Shown here: positions 22,071 to 31,977 of the stretch, one piece after another
Layout: each line of letters starts with the position of its first letter
Position numbering within the stretch: position 1 is the stretch's first letter
DNA from: Candidatus Saccharimonadota bacterium
Lineage (GTDB): Bacteria; Patescibacteriota; Gracilibacteria; UBA4473
Assembly (NCBI GenBank): GCA_965228485.1
Contig: OZ245819.1
Location: 1,200,001 to 1,232,000, forward strand
DNA: 32,000 bases
Direction: 5' to 3'
Program-made: the position numbers and the translations under genes
Notes under the pieces: model-generated
Told to the model about the DNA's origin: nothing
Databases searched by the model: none
What the model saw: only the letters and a program-made list of their open reading frames with translations

Positions 22071-23495
22071 CTAGTTTTCAGGGAAAGATTTTTTCAACCA
22101 TTCTGGGACTCCTTTTTTATCTATTGTAACCTCGGCACTTTGTGTTCCTGGAGGCGTAGGGGGTGATTCTGGTAGTTTCCCAGTTGATTCATGTGGCTGA
22201 AGCGGAGCATCAAACGGAACATCTGCCGGCGGGGTTGGTTTTACAGCCGCCTTGGTCTGTTCTGGTTTGAGGTTAATCTCTGCGTGAATGTGATTATGCT
22301 TGTCTTCTGGTTCAAGGGATTTTTTTTGAATTGGAAGTTCATAATCAATATTCAGTTTTTGCTTTTGAATATTAAGTAAATAACTCAGAATTTGAGATTC
22401 TGTGTCGGTTAGGCTGCTATTTTTGGTGATGATATTAATACCATTTTCATGATCTTCAGTGGTGAAATGTTCACTGAAAGCTTGCCAATTTACGTGAGAT
22501 TGGTTGCTTCTTACCTGAGTAATAACTTGATTGTCGTCTTCAATTACTAGTACAGAAAAATCGACAGGTTGAATGAATCGTAATATTTCGTCACTAATCT
22601 TATCAATATCTTGGATATTGGCTTCACAACCAGAAAGATCATTTTGTGAGATTTGAGACCAGGCTATACGATGAACTGGGTCTAGTTGCAATGAACCGAA
22701 TATTTTCCCCCAGATTTTTAGTGTTGCAAGTGATTTTTGTTTGAAGAAATGGTCAATGATTTCTGACTGTCGTCCTCCAAGTGCTTGGAGTTCATTTGCA
22801 GCTTGAAAGCTTGATGGACAAACATTTTTATCTAAGAAACTGCCTGTGCTTACAATCACTCCAGAAAGAAGAATTGTAGCAATATCTTCATCAATAAGTT
22901 TTGCGAAACTAGCTTCTTTTTTTAGAAGATTAAAGCAGAGCTCTGCACTAGAACTGGCTGCTGGATCGACAAGGTTTACTCGCCCAAAATCTTCGGTACT
23001 AGGATCACTTGAAATGTTAATAATTGGGTATTCAGCAAATAGCTCTGTGTTTTCAGAAAATACCGTTCCTAAACTATTTAAATTGGGTGTGTCGAGAGTG
23101 ATAATAAGGTCAAAATGTGCCAAGTGATGTTTGAATATGACATCCTTGGCAGCAAAATTACCAGATTTAGGAGTCACAATAATATCTACTGATTCATCCT
23201 CTATAGTGTATTTTACTCGTTCGACTTCTGCTTTTTTAGTCGACAAAGATATTACAAAATTTCCTTTTTCTTCGAGAGCGGTTTCAACTTCTTTTTCTCC
23301 TGGAAGAAAGTTATATTGATGTGCTAAGCCTTCTGGTGCAATAATAACGATTTCTTTTCCAATTTTTTTGAGACAATTCTGCATTGCCAGAGCACAACAG
23401 ATACCATCAGTTTTAGCGGGTGATTGTGTTACGCATAGGATCTTTTCAGCTCTTCGTATTAGGGCGAGAATTTGTTCTTGAGGGTTTATAGACAT
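22071..23495 (-). CDS. DHH/DHHA1-fold (NrnA-like) protein with degenerate catalytic motifs and a Pro-rich C-terminal extension
   Basis: 474 aa, collinear by eye with NrnA-type phosphoesterases. Motif I reads TQSPAKTDGICC instead of HxxPDxDxxGS. Motif III reads NISSDP instead of IDHHP. Motif IV reads GVIVSTGSF instead of GIxxDTGxF. Confidence 0.6.
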   Translation of the reverse strand: MSINPQEQILALIRRAEKILCVTQSPAKTDGICCALAMQNCLKKIGKEIVIIAPEGLAHQYNFLPGEKEVETALEEKGNFVISLSTKKAEVERVKYTIEDESVDIIVTPKSGNFAAKDVIFKHHLAHFDLIITLDTPNLNSLGTVFSENTELFAEYPIINISSDPSTEDFGRVNLVDPAASSSAELCFNLLKKEASFAKLIDEDIATILLSGVIVSTGSFLDKNVCPSSFQAANELQALGGRQSEIIDHFFKQKSLATLKIWGKIFGSLQLDPVHRIAWSQISQNDLSGCEANIQDIDKISDEILRFIQPVDFSVLVIEDDNQVITQVRSNQSHVNWQAFSEHFTTEDHENGINIITKNSSLTDTESQILSYLLNIQKQKLNIDYELPIQKKSLEPEDKHNHIHAEINLKPEQTKAAVKPTPPADVPFDAPLQPHESTGKLPESPPTPPGTQSAEVTIDKKGVPEWLKKSFPEN

Positions 23496-23633
23496 GACTG
23501 TTTGACTTATTTGAAGTTTAACTTAAGAATATATTTTAAAATAATTTTATAAAAGAGTCAAATATTTCCCTAGGAAAAAAAATAGCTCTAAAATCAAAAA
23601 AAAATAGAATTTTGAGGTCTTAAGAATTTTTTT

Positions 23634-24896
23634 ATGTTAGATATCAAAGCCATTCGCGAAAACCCAGATGATTTTAAATCTCAGTTAGCCCGGAAAGGGA
23701 TCCAATCGAATATTATTAATGATCTTCTTTCTGCCGATGAGCAGAAACGTGAATTACTCCAAAAAGTTGAATCATTGAAAGCTCAGCAAAACGAAGTTTC
23801 TAAACAGATCACTCAGCTTGAAGGAAAAGAAAAAGCAAAAGTATTGGCGGATATGAAGACTATTGCCGAGAGTCGAAAAGACCTGGAAGCAGAATTGGAT
23901 AGAGCTTCTGAAGTATATAAGAATTTACTTTATTCATTGCCAAACCCGCCAAGACCAGAGGTCCCAGATGGAGCGAGTGATGAGGAAAATCAAGTGGCGC
24001 GACTAGAGGGGGAAAAACCAGACTTTGATTTTGAACCAAAAGAGCATTGGGAATTGGCTGAAGATTTGGATCTGCTTGATATGGAGCAAGCGGCAAAGGT
24101 TTCTGGAGCTCGGTTTTATTACATGCGAAATGAATTGGCGTTGCTTCAACAAGCCCTGATGCTATGGGCGTTTCATGAAGTAAATAACAAAGGATTTAGT
24201 CCGACGATTCCACCTTTTATGACTCGTAAAGAAGCGATTGAAGGAACGGGATTTTTTGATAGAGATGAAAATTATTGTGTAAATCCTGGTGAAGATGACT
24301 TGTATCTTATCGGTACGAGTGAGGTTCCAATGGTAAGTATTCATGCAGGACAAACGATTGACCTTTTGAATGGTCCAATTAGATATGCCGCTTACAGTCC
24401 TTGTTTTCGGAGAGAAGCGGGAAGTTATGGAAAAGATATGAAGGGGATTTTGAGAGTTCATCAATTTGAGAAAATTGAAATGGTAGTTTTTTGTAAAGAA
24501 GAAGATTCGGTTAAAGTACATGAAGAAATTCGAGGGATTGAAGAAGAAATTCTGAAAAAACTGGGAATCCACTACCAGGTAATCGATATTTGTTGTGGTG
24601 ATCTTGGAAACTCAGCTTCTAAAAAGTACGACTTAGAAGCCTGGCTTCCAGGGCAGGGGAAATATAGAGAGATGACTTCTACGTCTATTTGTGATGATTT
24701 TCAAACTCGTCGATTAAACATCCGTTATCGAGATGGTGACGGTAAAATGCAGTATGCTCATGCACTCAATGGAACGGCTGTTTCTTCACGACCGCTTATT
24801 GCGATTCTGGAGAACTTCCAAAATGCAGATGGTTCTATTGACATTCCAGAGGTGCTTTGGCCTTATACGGGATTTAAGAAGATTGGACCTAAATAG
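23634..24896 (+). CDS. serS: Seryl-tRNA synthetase
   Basis: 420 aa. N-terminal coiled-coil arm, then class II motifs (FRREAGSYGKDMKGILRVHQFEKIEM, GTAVSSRPLIAILEN). Confidence 0.95.
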   Translation: MLDIKAIRENPDDFKSQLARKGIQSNIINDLLSADEQKRELLQKVESLKAQQNEVSKQITQLEGKEKAKVLADMKTIAESRKDLEAELDRASEVYKNLLYSLPNPPRPEVPDGASDEENQVARLEGEKPDFDFEPKEHWELAEDLDLLDMEQAAKVSGARFYYMRNELALLQQALMLWAFHEVNNKGFSPTIPPFMTRKEAIEGTGFFDRDENYCVNPGEDDLYLIGTSEVPMVSIHAGQTIDLLNGPIRYAAYSPCFRREAGSYGKDMKGILRVHQFEKIEMVVFCKEEDSVKVHEEIRGIEEEILKKLGIHYQVIDICCGDLGNSASKKYDLEAWLPGQGKYREMTSTSICDDFQTRRLNIRYRDGDGKMQYAHALNGTAVSSRPLIAILENFQNADGSIDIPEVLWPYTGFKKIGPK

Positions 24897-24940
24897 CGTT
24901 TTACTTTTTACTTAATTATTTTTTTTGATATTAAGTAGAT

Positions 24941-25432
24941 GTGTTTGATGAAGTAGAACGATTCGAGTCTTTATGTCGCTCTGATGCGGGAGTTCTTCAT
25001 CAGTATTTATCTGATAATGCAGAAGAGGCTTGGGATATTCCAAATGATGGGGTTTTAAATTCTTCAATAAGGGCTACTTGTCGTATCTATGGAGAGGAGG
25101 TGGCTATCTTTTCAGGGGTTACAGAAGAGGGGACATTTTTTTCTCCGTCTGGATATGTGAGAAGAATTTCTCCAAGTTATTTAAGGGGCAAAGGAATATT
25201 CAGCCAGCTTCACGACCGTTTGGCTGAGGTTTTGAGAGATGGAGGGATTTCAGAAATGGTTATTGAGACACAAAAACATTCGACGGCAGAATTCTTTTTA
25301 TATAAAGGGGCTCAAATTAAAGAGGTTGATGGTGATGAGTCTTCAACTTCTAATGACTTCGATATGTTATCTAATTCCCAAGGCCTTGGTGATGATTTGC
25401 GTCATCGGCTTACGTTGGTCCTTGTTCTTTGA
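24941..25432 (+). CDS. Hypothetical protein, possibly GNAT-type acetyltransferase
   Basis: GTG start. YLRGKGIFSQLHDRL resembles GNAT motif A (R-x-x-G-x-G), and AEFFLYKGAQI resembles the following helix. The 3' end overlaps the convergent cca gene by 23 nt. Confidence 0.4.
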   Translation: MFDEVERFESLCRSDAGVLHQYLSDNAEEAWDIPNDGVLNSSIRATCRIYGEEVAIFSGVTEEGTFFSPSGYVRRISPSYLRGKGIFSQLHDRLAEVLRDGGISEMVIETQKHSTAEFFLYKGAQIKEVDGDESSTSNDFDMLSNSQGLGDDLRHRLTLVLVL

Positions 25433-26750
25433 GCCAAGTTTCAGCTTCAACTCGATTTTTAAGTTCACCTTCTAATTGGAGCTCTCTTAATTGGTTTTTT
25501 ATTTCGCCTACCTTTTTTCCTGGTTTTATACCGGTGATAAGGATAATTTCTTCCCCGCTAAAAAACTCATCTTGATGAGAAGGGAGTATGCCTTGCTTCT
25601 TGGCATATTCAGCATTGTCCTTTATGCGATTCATTCGTTCTATTGCTTGTTTTTTTGCTTTCTTTTCTTTGGCAATGCACCCGTTGATATCAGCCATTTC
25701 GAGAAGCCATAGCTCTTCAAACCAAGGGTGATCGTAGTAGTGAAGACGCCTTGAGAGTTTCATGTCTTCAAAGGTTTCAAATATTTGTTTATATCGAAGG
25801 AGCCAAAGGATTTTTTCTTGAGACTTTTTTGAAAATTTTAATTGCGCCAATCTTGGAGCAATGATTTCATCCACATCATCATCGTGACCTGGGAAATGCC
25901 ATCGTCCGTCATAGAATTTTTTATGGCTTGGTTTTCCCCAATCGTGAAAGAATGCCGCCCAGTAAAGTGAAGAATCTAAATCTTCAGGCATATTTTGTAG
26001 AACAAGGAGCGTATGAGTGAGAACATCTCCTTCTAGATGATGGTCTTCAGGTTGGTCTGTTTCTGCCATCTTTTCGGTATTGGGGAAGAGTTTCTGTAAA
26101 ATTCCAAACTCGAATAAATCTTTGAAAGATTGATGCCTTGATTTATGAATAATTATTTTGTTCAATTCATCTAGAATCCTTTCATTTGCTATGTTTGTAA
26201 CTAAGGCTGCATGTCTTTTTAGCGCTGTTCCTGTGTCATATTCATATTGAAGATCAAATCGATTTTTGAATCGGACCGCTCTTAAAATTCTTAAAAAATC
26301 TTCATTAATTCTTTTATCTGGGTCACCAATAAAGCGCAGTAATTTATTTTTTAGATCCTCTTTTCCTCCAATATAGTCAATGTATTTATCATCAATAGGA
26401 TCATAAAATAGTCCATTTATGGTAAAGTCACGACGGAGAGCGTCTTGCTCGGGGGTTGAGAACTCAATGTTTTTTGGGTGACGACCATCTTCGTAATCCT
26501 GATCTTCTCTAAAAGTGGCAATTTCATAATGATGCCCACTTTCTTCTATCAAAATGACCCCAAAGGCTTTTCCGATGGGATAAGTCTTTTTAAATATTTT
26601 TTCAATGTCCTCAGGCAGGGCATTAGTGACGATATCATAATCCTTTGGTTCTAGTCCCAGTAACTTATCTCTAACACATCCCCCAACCCAAAAAGCTTCG
26701 AAGCCTTTGTGTTGTAGAATATGGACAATTTCAAATGCCTTATTTTTCAT
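25410..26750 (-). CDS. cca: CCA-adding tRNA nucleotidyltransferase with HD domain
   Basis: 446 aa. Head domain FWVGGCVRDKLLGLEPKDYDIVT, RRDFTINGLFYD and HD-domain FHDWGKP. Confidence 0.9.
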   Translation of the reverse strand: MKNKAFEIVHILQHKGFEAFWVGGCVRDKLLGLEPKDYDIVTNALPEDIEKIFKKTYPIGKAFGVILIEESGHHYEIATFREDQDYEDGRHPKNIEFSTPEQDALRRDFTINGLFYDPIDDKYIDYIGGKEDLKNKLLRFIGDPDKRINEDFLRILRAVRFKNRFDLQYEYDTGTALKRHAALVTNIANERILDELNKIIIHKSRHQSFKDLFEFGILQKLFPNTEKMAETDQPEDHHLEGDVLTHTLLVLQNMPEDLDSSLYWAAFFHDWGKPSHKKFYDGRWHFPGHDDDVDEIIAPRLAQLKFSKKSQEKILWLLRYKQIFETFEDMKLSRRLHYYDHPWFEELWLLEMADINGCIAKEKKAKKQAIERMNRIKDNAEYAKKQGILPSHQDEFFSGEEIILITGIKPGKKVGEIKNQLRELQLEGELKNRVEAETWLKEQGPT

Positions 26751-26794
26751 TCTGTTTATTTTATCAGTATTTTAGCCTTTTTTGAAGTGATTCA

Positions 26795-26831
26795 TAAAAA
26801 AAGATCCGAGAACTTGCTCGGATCTTTTTTT
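26795..26831 (-). terminator. Bidirectional rho-independent terminator
   Basis: A-run, then AGATCCGAG-aacttg-CTCGGATCT, then T-run. It lies downstream of the 26852..27217 ORF. Confidence 0.75.
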
Positions 26832-26851
26832 ATTTGGTATCTGATAGTGAT

Positions 26852-27217
26852 TTATTGTTTTAAATGTTGATCAATATACTCTTGTAGATTTACCGCTTTA
26901 AAACTCCAGTTTTCATTTTCTAACTCAGAGTAGGTGAGTACACCATCGTAAATTTCTACATCTTTTACTTCGTTTCCAGTAATTAAAACATCAATGTCTT
27001 CGTTGTAGAGTTTTTTTAGAGTTAATCCGTTTTCATCGATAGCAATTTCAACTTCATCTAGATTAGGAGTTGGCCGTACTGGAACTTTGGTTCTTTGTGA
27101 TTCTTCTTGTGCAATAATTTGTGCGAGTGTTTGTTCTTCATTTTTATCTGACCAAAGCCAGTAAATCAAAAAACTAATTCCGAGTAGGAAAGCGATCAGG
27201 ATCAGAATATTTTTCAT
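26852..27217 (-). CDS. Hypothetical membrane-anchored protein (121 aa)
   Basis: N-terminal TM/signal anchor MKNILILIAFLLGISFLIYWLW, then a soluble domain. No recognised motif. Confidence 0.5.
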   Translation of the reverse strand: MKNILILIAFLLGISFLIYWLWSDKNEEQTLAQIIAQEESQRTKVPVRPTPNLDEVEIAIDENGLTLKKLYNEDIDVLITGNEVKDVEIYDGVLTYSELENENWSFKAVNLQEYIDQHLKQ

Positions 27218-27259
27218 ACTTTTATTCTATAATAACTTTTTAATAAAGAGTCAATTTTT

Positions 27260-28663
27260 TTACCAAGACTGAACTTGTAGCATTGGAACAAATTTTCCTT
27301 CTACAAGGATGTCAGAAACAAGGATAAATTTCTTGTCTTTCCAGTCAGGGTTATGTTTGAGAAAGTGTTCTTTGGCTCTTGCAATCGTGGTTTGTGGATC
27401 TGATGAGAATTCGATTCTAAAGGCCTGAACTCCCCAAACAAGTTGCATTTTTCTTCGGGCATGGGGTTCGTTGGTGAAAGCAAAGATAGGAACTCTTGGT
27501 CGGAATTTTGAAACGAGTCGTGCCGAGTTACCACTTCGAGTAATAACGACAATGGCCTCAATTTCTTTCATGCTAAGGGCCATTTGAGCGGCGGTTTTTC
27601 CAAAAGCGCCACGAGGAGAAATTACTTCGATATTTTTTATTGGTCTAGAAGGCAGGTATTCAGATTCCGTAACTTCAGCTATTTTTGACATAGTTTCTAC
27701 GGCTTTAATAGGATAAGTACCACTAGCACTCTCCCCAGAGAGCATGATACTGTCCGATCTTTGCCAAACGGCGGTTGCCACGTCAGTTACTTCTGCTCGA
27801 GTTGGAATAGGGTTTTCGATCATAGATTCCAACATATGTGTCGCAACAATCACCGGTTTTCCATATTGTGCCGCGGTTTGCACCATTTCTCTTTGAAGTT
27901 TTGGAACTTGTTCGAAAGGAACTTCAGCTCCCAAGTCTCCACGAGCAACCATGAGACCATCAGCAGCATGACAAATAGTGCCTAGGTGCCGAGTCGCTTC
28001 GAAGCTTTCGATTTTTGCGATGATATCTACTTTTGCTTTTTCTTTCTCAAGGTACTCTCGAAGTTCATTAATGTCTTCGGCTTTTCTCACAAAGGAAAGA
28101 GCGATGAAATCTACTCCCATTTCCACGCCGAAATGAATATCTTTCCAATCTTTTTCGGTGATTGATTCCAGTGATACATCTTTTCCTGGGATGTTGATGT
28201 GCCGCCTAGAAGTGATTGTTCCGTTATCGTGAATTTCACAAATAACGTCGGTGTCAGTTTTTTCGAGAACGGTTAGATTGATAACCCCACTATCAAGTAA
28301 GATTTTTTCTCCAACTTCTACATCATCGATAAAAGCATCATAGTTAACGCCTACTTTTCCTGTTTGATCGTAGTCTCCTGGATCAATTGAAAAAGTTATT
28401 TTTTCTCCTTTTTTTAGCTCAACGGGAGCTTTGAGATCTCCACTTCGGATTTCTGGTCCTTTAGTGTCGAGTAAGATAGCGTAGTTTTTTGAATGTTTTT
28501 GGTTTAGTCGTTTAATTTTTTTGATAACATCTCCATGGCTTTCGTGTGTTCCATGAGAGAAATTTAAACGGAAAACATCCACTCCCGCCTGTGCGAGAGC
28601 TTCAATCTGTTCGTAGCTATTAGTAGCGGGCCCGAGGGTGGCAACGATCTTAGTTCTTTTCAT
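27260..28663 (-). CDS. pyk: Pyruvate kinase
   Basis: 467 aa. TKIVATLGPA, FRLNFSHG, DTKGPEIR, MVARGDLG and ATHMLESM motifs. Confidence 0.95.
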   Translation of the reverse strand: MKRTKIVATLGPATNSYEQIEALAQAGVDVFRLNFSHGTHESHGDVIKKIKRLNQKHSKNYAILLDTKGPEIRSGDLKAPVELKKGEKITFSIDPGDYDQTGKVGVNYDAFIDDVEVGEKILLDSGVINLTVLEKTDTDVICEIHDNGTITSRRHINIPGKDVSLESITEKDWKDIHFGVEMGVDFIALSFVRKAEDINELREYLEKEKAKVDIIAKIESFEATRHLGTICHAADGLMVARGDLGAEVPFEQVPKLQREMVQTAAQYGKPVIVATHMLESMIENPIPTRAEVTDVATAVWQRSDSIMLSGESASGTYPIKAVETMSKIAEVTESEYLPSRPIKNIEVISPRGAFGKTAAQMALSMKEIEAIVVITRSGNSARLVSKFRPRVPIFAFTNEPHARRKMQLVWGVQAFRIEFSSDPQTTIARAKEHFLKHNPDWKDKKFILVSDILVEGKFVPMLQVQSW

Positions 28664-28712
28664 CGCTCTATATTATCGATGAAAATAAATAATGATCAAA
28701 TTTTTTGTGCAA

Positions 28713-29342
28713 TTAGTTTTTTTCTCCTTTTAGCCAAATACCTTCATCCAAATATTGGTCTAAGGTATCTTGAGAAGTTGCCATAACTAATTCACAGTGT
28801 GATTTGCCTACTCCATAACGTCCAAATACTCCGTTAGGTTTTCTCAGTTCATTCATGTTAAATGATTGGCACCGTATTTCAGCAAATGATGGTCGTTTTT
28901 TTTCTAATACGCCTTGTTTTGCTAGTTCTTCATAAATAGTGCCTTCGAGACTCGATCTCAGAGATACTAATTGATTGTGCAGACTCATAGGAGAACCACT
29001 TTTTGATAGTTTTTCAGCATCATACTTCATGTCTTCTGGGGTGTAGACAATGGCTACGTCGGTATCACTTTTTTCGCCTATTTCGAAACTGGTTTTAAAG
29101 TCCCCTCTAATTCTTGAGCCAAATATAATTACCACAAAGTCTCCGTATTCTTCACGGACTTCTTTGAGCCATTGGTCTAAAATTTTTGATAGAGCTTCAA
29201 AGTCGATATCTTTTTCTTGTTCACTATTTCCTTCAACAATTCTATTAACCCCATCTCTTACATCTGATTCGTATTGAAGTACTACTGGATGTTCGATGTT
29301 GAATGTTTGTGGGAGAATTGAAAGGCTCTCGATATGATCCAT
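28713..29342 (-). CDS. Pol-beta-superfamily nucleotidyltransferase-fold protein, function unknown
   Basis: 209 aa. VVIIFGSRIRGDF-x11-SDTDVAIVY fits the GS-x(n)-DxD minimal NTase motif. The flanking domains are not recognised. Confidence 0.5.
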   Translation of the reverse strand: MDHIESLSILPQTFNIEHPVVLQYESDVRDGVNRIVEGNSEQEKDIDFEALSKILDQWLKEVREEYGDFVVIIFGSRIRGDFKTSFEIGEKSDTDVAIVYTPEDMKYDAEKLSKSGSPMSLHNQLVSLRSSLEGTIYEELAKQGVLEKKRPSFAEIRCQSFNMNELRKPNGVFGRYGVGKSHCELVMATSQDTLDQYLDEGIWLKGEKN

Positions 29343-29379
29343 CAGTGCATTATATCATATTTTGAGCTATTCAGCTAGT

Positions 29380-29754
29380 TTAATTTTTCATTCCCGTCAT
29401 AAATATCCATTCTAAGAGTCCAAAGAAGACTAGCAGTAGGATAACTTCTTCAATGCCAAGAAGCCTGAGGATTTGAAGGGCTGATAAAGCCATGGCTAGC
29501 AACCCAATCCAAAAAGCTCTTCGACTGGCGGTGAGGAAGACCTTGTTTCCTAGTTTGTATCCGCTGAAGAGTTCAGCTCCAAAGAAAAAGAAAATAGTAA
29601 AAAAAGACCAAATAGCTGAAAACCCACCAAAAAATAAGGCTAAGTAAGCGACGGCTTTTTGTTCTCCGAGGGGATCTAATTGCAAAAGCGTAGAGTAGAG
29701 GATTCCTAGGCTAAGACAAAAGACAATTGAGGTTAATAATAAATTTCTCCACAT
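29380..29754 (-). CDS. Hypothetical 4-TM membrane protein
   Basis: 124 aa, four hydrophobic helices, no recognised motif. Confidence 0.45.
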   Translation of the reverse strand: MWRNLLLTSIVFCLSLGILYSTLLQLDPLGEQKAVAYLALFFGGFSAIWSFFTIFFFFGAELFSGYKLGNKVFLTASRRAFWIGLLAMALSALQILRLLGIEEVILLLVFFGLLEWIFMTGMKN

Positions 29755-29768
29755 TCCAAATTAATATT

Positions 29769-30530
29769 TTAGAGCGTAATAATTGACCAATACCAATCCC
29801 ATATTAAATTTTCTGTATAGAGCATTATGAGCATTGCAGGCATAAGAAATGCCCCCATTGGGACTGCTGTTTTTCGGTTCGCTTTTTTGAAAATAACCAA
29901 ATAGATAGCCACAATACAACCAATAATGTAGGCCATAAAAAATCCAATAAATCCAAGTTTGAGGCCTAGAACTAACCCCATAAAAGCTCCGAGAAACATA
30001 TCTCCATCCCCAACCCATTTTCCTTTAGAGAGAATAAATTGGACGGCGTAGAAACTAAACCCAAGACCTCCTGCTAGTAGATAGACGGTCCAGGGTAGTT
30101 CTCGAAAGAAAGACCAGCCAAAGGCGAGAATTATAGCTGGAATTACGATCCTCAAATCTACTTCTTGGTACAGCGTATCGTAGAAGAAGAGAATAAGGCA
30201 AAAAAGTGTTGTGAGCATGACGGGTATAAACTCAGGAGTATTCCAGAATTTTATGGCGAACAGAGCAAAAGTTGCCATAAAGATCAGTTCAATTAGAGGA
30301 TAGGTTATACTAATTGATTTTGTACAGTACCGACACTTTCCATTTTGAACCACCCAAGAGAGCATTGGTACTAAATCTTTTGGACGAAGAGTGTTTTTGC
30401 AGTCTGGACACTGAGAACGGCCTGTCATAAAGCCTGGTTTATCGAAGTGCAATCTATGGATTAGCGCTGTGGTGAAACTCCCAAAAATAGCTCCATAAAT
30501 CCCTGCAATAATTCCTATAAGGTATGTCAT
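29769..30530 (-). CDS. pilD: Type IV prepilin peptidase (A24 family)
   Basis: 253 aa. N-terminal zinc-ribbon-like CPDC...CRYC, polytopic TM body and a GDGDMFLGAFMG aspartyl-protease motif. Confidence 0.88.
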   Translation of the reverse strand: MTYLIGIIAGIYGAIFGSFTTALIHRLHFDKPGFMTGRSQCPDCKNTLRPKDLVPMLSWVVQNGKCRYCTKSISITYPLIELIFMATFALFAIKFWNTPEFIPVMLTTLFCLILFFYDTLYQEVDLRIVIPAIILAFGWSFFRELPWTVYLLAGGLGFSFYAVQFILSKGKWVGDGDMFLGAFMGLVLGLKLGFIGFFMAYIIGCIVAIYLVIFKKANRKTAVPMGAFLMPAMLIMLYTENLIWDWYWSIITL

Positions 30531-30544
30531 TAGTTCTATATTAT

Positions 30545-31522
30545 TTATTTTTGACAGGTTTCCACAATGAATTTTTCTATAGCGAGTTCAAATTCAGATT
30601 GGTCATCGGTGGTAACGCTAATACCTCCAGTTTTTAATTTCGTATCGATAGATACTAAATGATTATACATTGATTTGAGTTGAGATTGACTAAAGTTTCG
30701 ACTCAGTGGCATTGTTTTCTGAACAACAAATGGATGGAGTCCGTATTCTGAGGCAATTTCTTTGGCGTTTAATTGAGCTTCGATTCCAGCTTGTATTTGT
30801 GTATGGATGCGAACTTCTCTGGTAATCATCGCGAATATCATATGAGGGGCTTCTCCGAGGCTTCTGAGTTCGCGAAATTTTGTTATCGCTGTTTGACTTC
30901 TTTGTTGACTGAGAGAGGCAAGAAAATCCCAGATTACGACTTTTGGATGGGGAAGCGTGAGCTGATTAATAATTGCTTCGGTAATATTCTTATCCTCTTG
31001 AGCTAAGAGGCATTTCTTTATTTCCTGGCTGAGCCTCCAACAATTTTCTCCGCATCGATTGAGGAGGTGCTGGGCGGTTCTCATTTGGATTTTTCCACCT
31101 TCGTTATTGGTGTATTTGATGATCCAATCGATAAGTTCATTTTCTCCAAGGTGTTCAAAGTGTTCAATTTTGGCATTTTTTAATAAAAATTTTGAACTTT
31201 TAGTTCTTTTATCGAGCGAAACTTCACAACTGATAACAGTGGTTTGCTCCTCCATTTCTGGAAGACGTTCAAAAATTTTTGCCTTTTCTGCCTTTTCAAA
31301 ATTTTCTGGTGTCCAGAAAGTTTCAGTAATTACCAGTCTTTTGCTCGCAAAAAGGTTTGGAGTAAGGACCGCATTTTCAAATTCTGTGAAATCAGATTTT
31401 TCATCAAAAAAATCAATTTCTCCATCTGGATACTTTGCTTTAAAGGCTTTTAGATAGAAATTCTTTTTTTGGCTCAGATTAAAATCATCAGGCCCTGTAA
31501 GGAGAATCAGATTCTTAATCAT
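30545..31522 (-). CDS. holA: DNA polymerase III delta subunit
   Basis: 325 aa. The N-terminus ILLTGPDDFNL...LFASKRLVI and overall helical C-terminal domains are typical of HolA. Confidence 0.78.
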   Translation of the reverse strand: MIKNLILLTGPDDFNLSQKKNFYLKAFKAKYPDGEIDFFDEKSDFTEFENAVLTPNLFASKRLVITETFWTPENFEKAEKAKIFERLPEMEEQTTVISCEVSLDKRTKSSKFLLKNAKIEHFEHLGENELIDWIIKYTNNEGGKIQMRTAQHLLNRCGENCWRLSQEIKKCLLAQEDKNITEAIINQLTLPHPKVVIWDFLASLSQQRSQTAITKFRELRSLGEAPHMIFAMITREVRIHTQIQAGIEAQLNAKEIASEYGLHPFVVQKTMPLSRNFSQSQLKSMYNHLVSIDTKLKTGGISVTTDDQSEFELAIEKFIVETCQK

Positions 31523-31977
31523 TTTTTTAGCCAGGTTATTTTTCTCATTCCAACACCAATTCCAAACTCAATCTTTAGGACAAAGATTGTTCCTGTAAAG
31601 GCTGATTTAGCATTTGCATCAATTTGTTCTGGCCATTCTACGAATGATGAAGTATTGGAGTCGCCAGCAATATCTTGGAAGCCCCGGGCAAAGAAATCAC
31701 CAGCTTCTTCTAGTCTGTAAAAGTCAAAATGAGCAAAGTTTTTTTCTTTTGTTGTTTTATATTCATTTACTAGGGCGTAGGTTGGTGAAGTGATATTTTC
31801 AGTTATACCTAGATTTTCCAACATTTCTTTAGCTAAAAACGTTTTTCCAGCACCAAGAGTTCCCTCGATAAATACCGTGAATTTTTTCTCATCTTTTAAG
31901 TATTTTTCAACTAACTCTTTTGCTAATTGACGGCTCGCTTCATGGTTCGGAATATTCTTCTGGAAAATTTTTTCCAT
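31519..31977 (-). CDS. tsaE: tRNA t6A37 biosynthesis ATPase TsaE
   Basis: I prefer ATG 31977; the track uses TTG 31995. Walker A GTLGAGKTFLAKEM, SPTYALVNEY and HFDFYRL motifs. A 4-nt overlap with holA. Confidence 0.85.
   Translation of the reverse strand: MEKIFQKNIPNHEASRQLAKELVEKYLKDEKKFTVFIEGTLGAGKTFLAKEMLENLGITENITSPTYALVNEYKTTKEKNFAHFDFYRLEEAGDFFARGFQDIAGDSNTSSFVEWPEQIDANAKSAFTGTIFVLKIEFGIGVGMRKITWLKK

Noticed and set aside
29761-30018. 85-aa minus-strand ORF overlapping pilD in another frame
   Set aside because: It is nested inside the well-supported prepilin peptidase gene, and its W/Y-rich sequence suggests frame-shadow translation.
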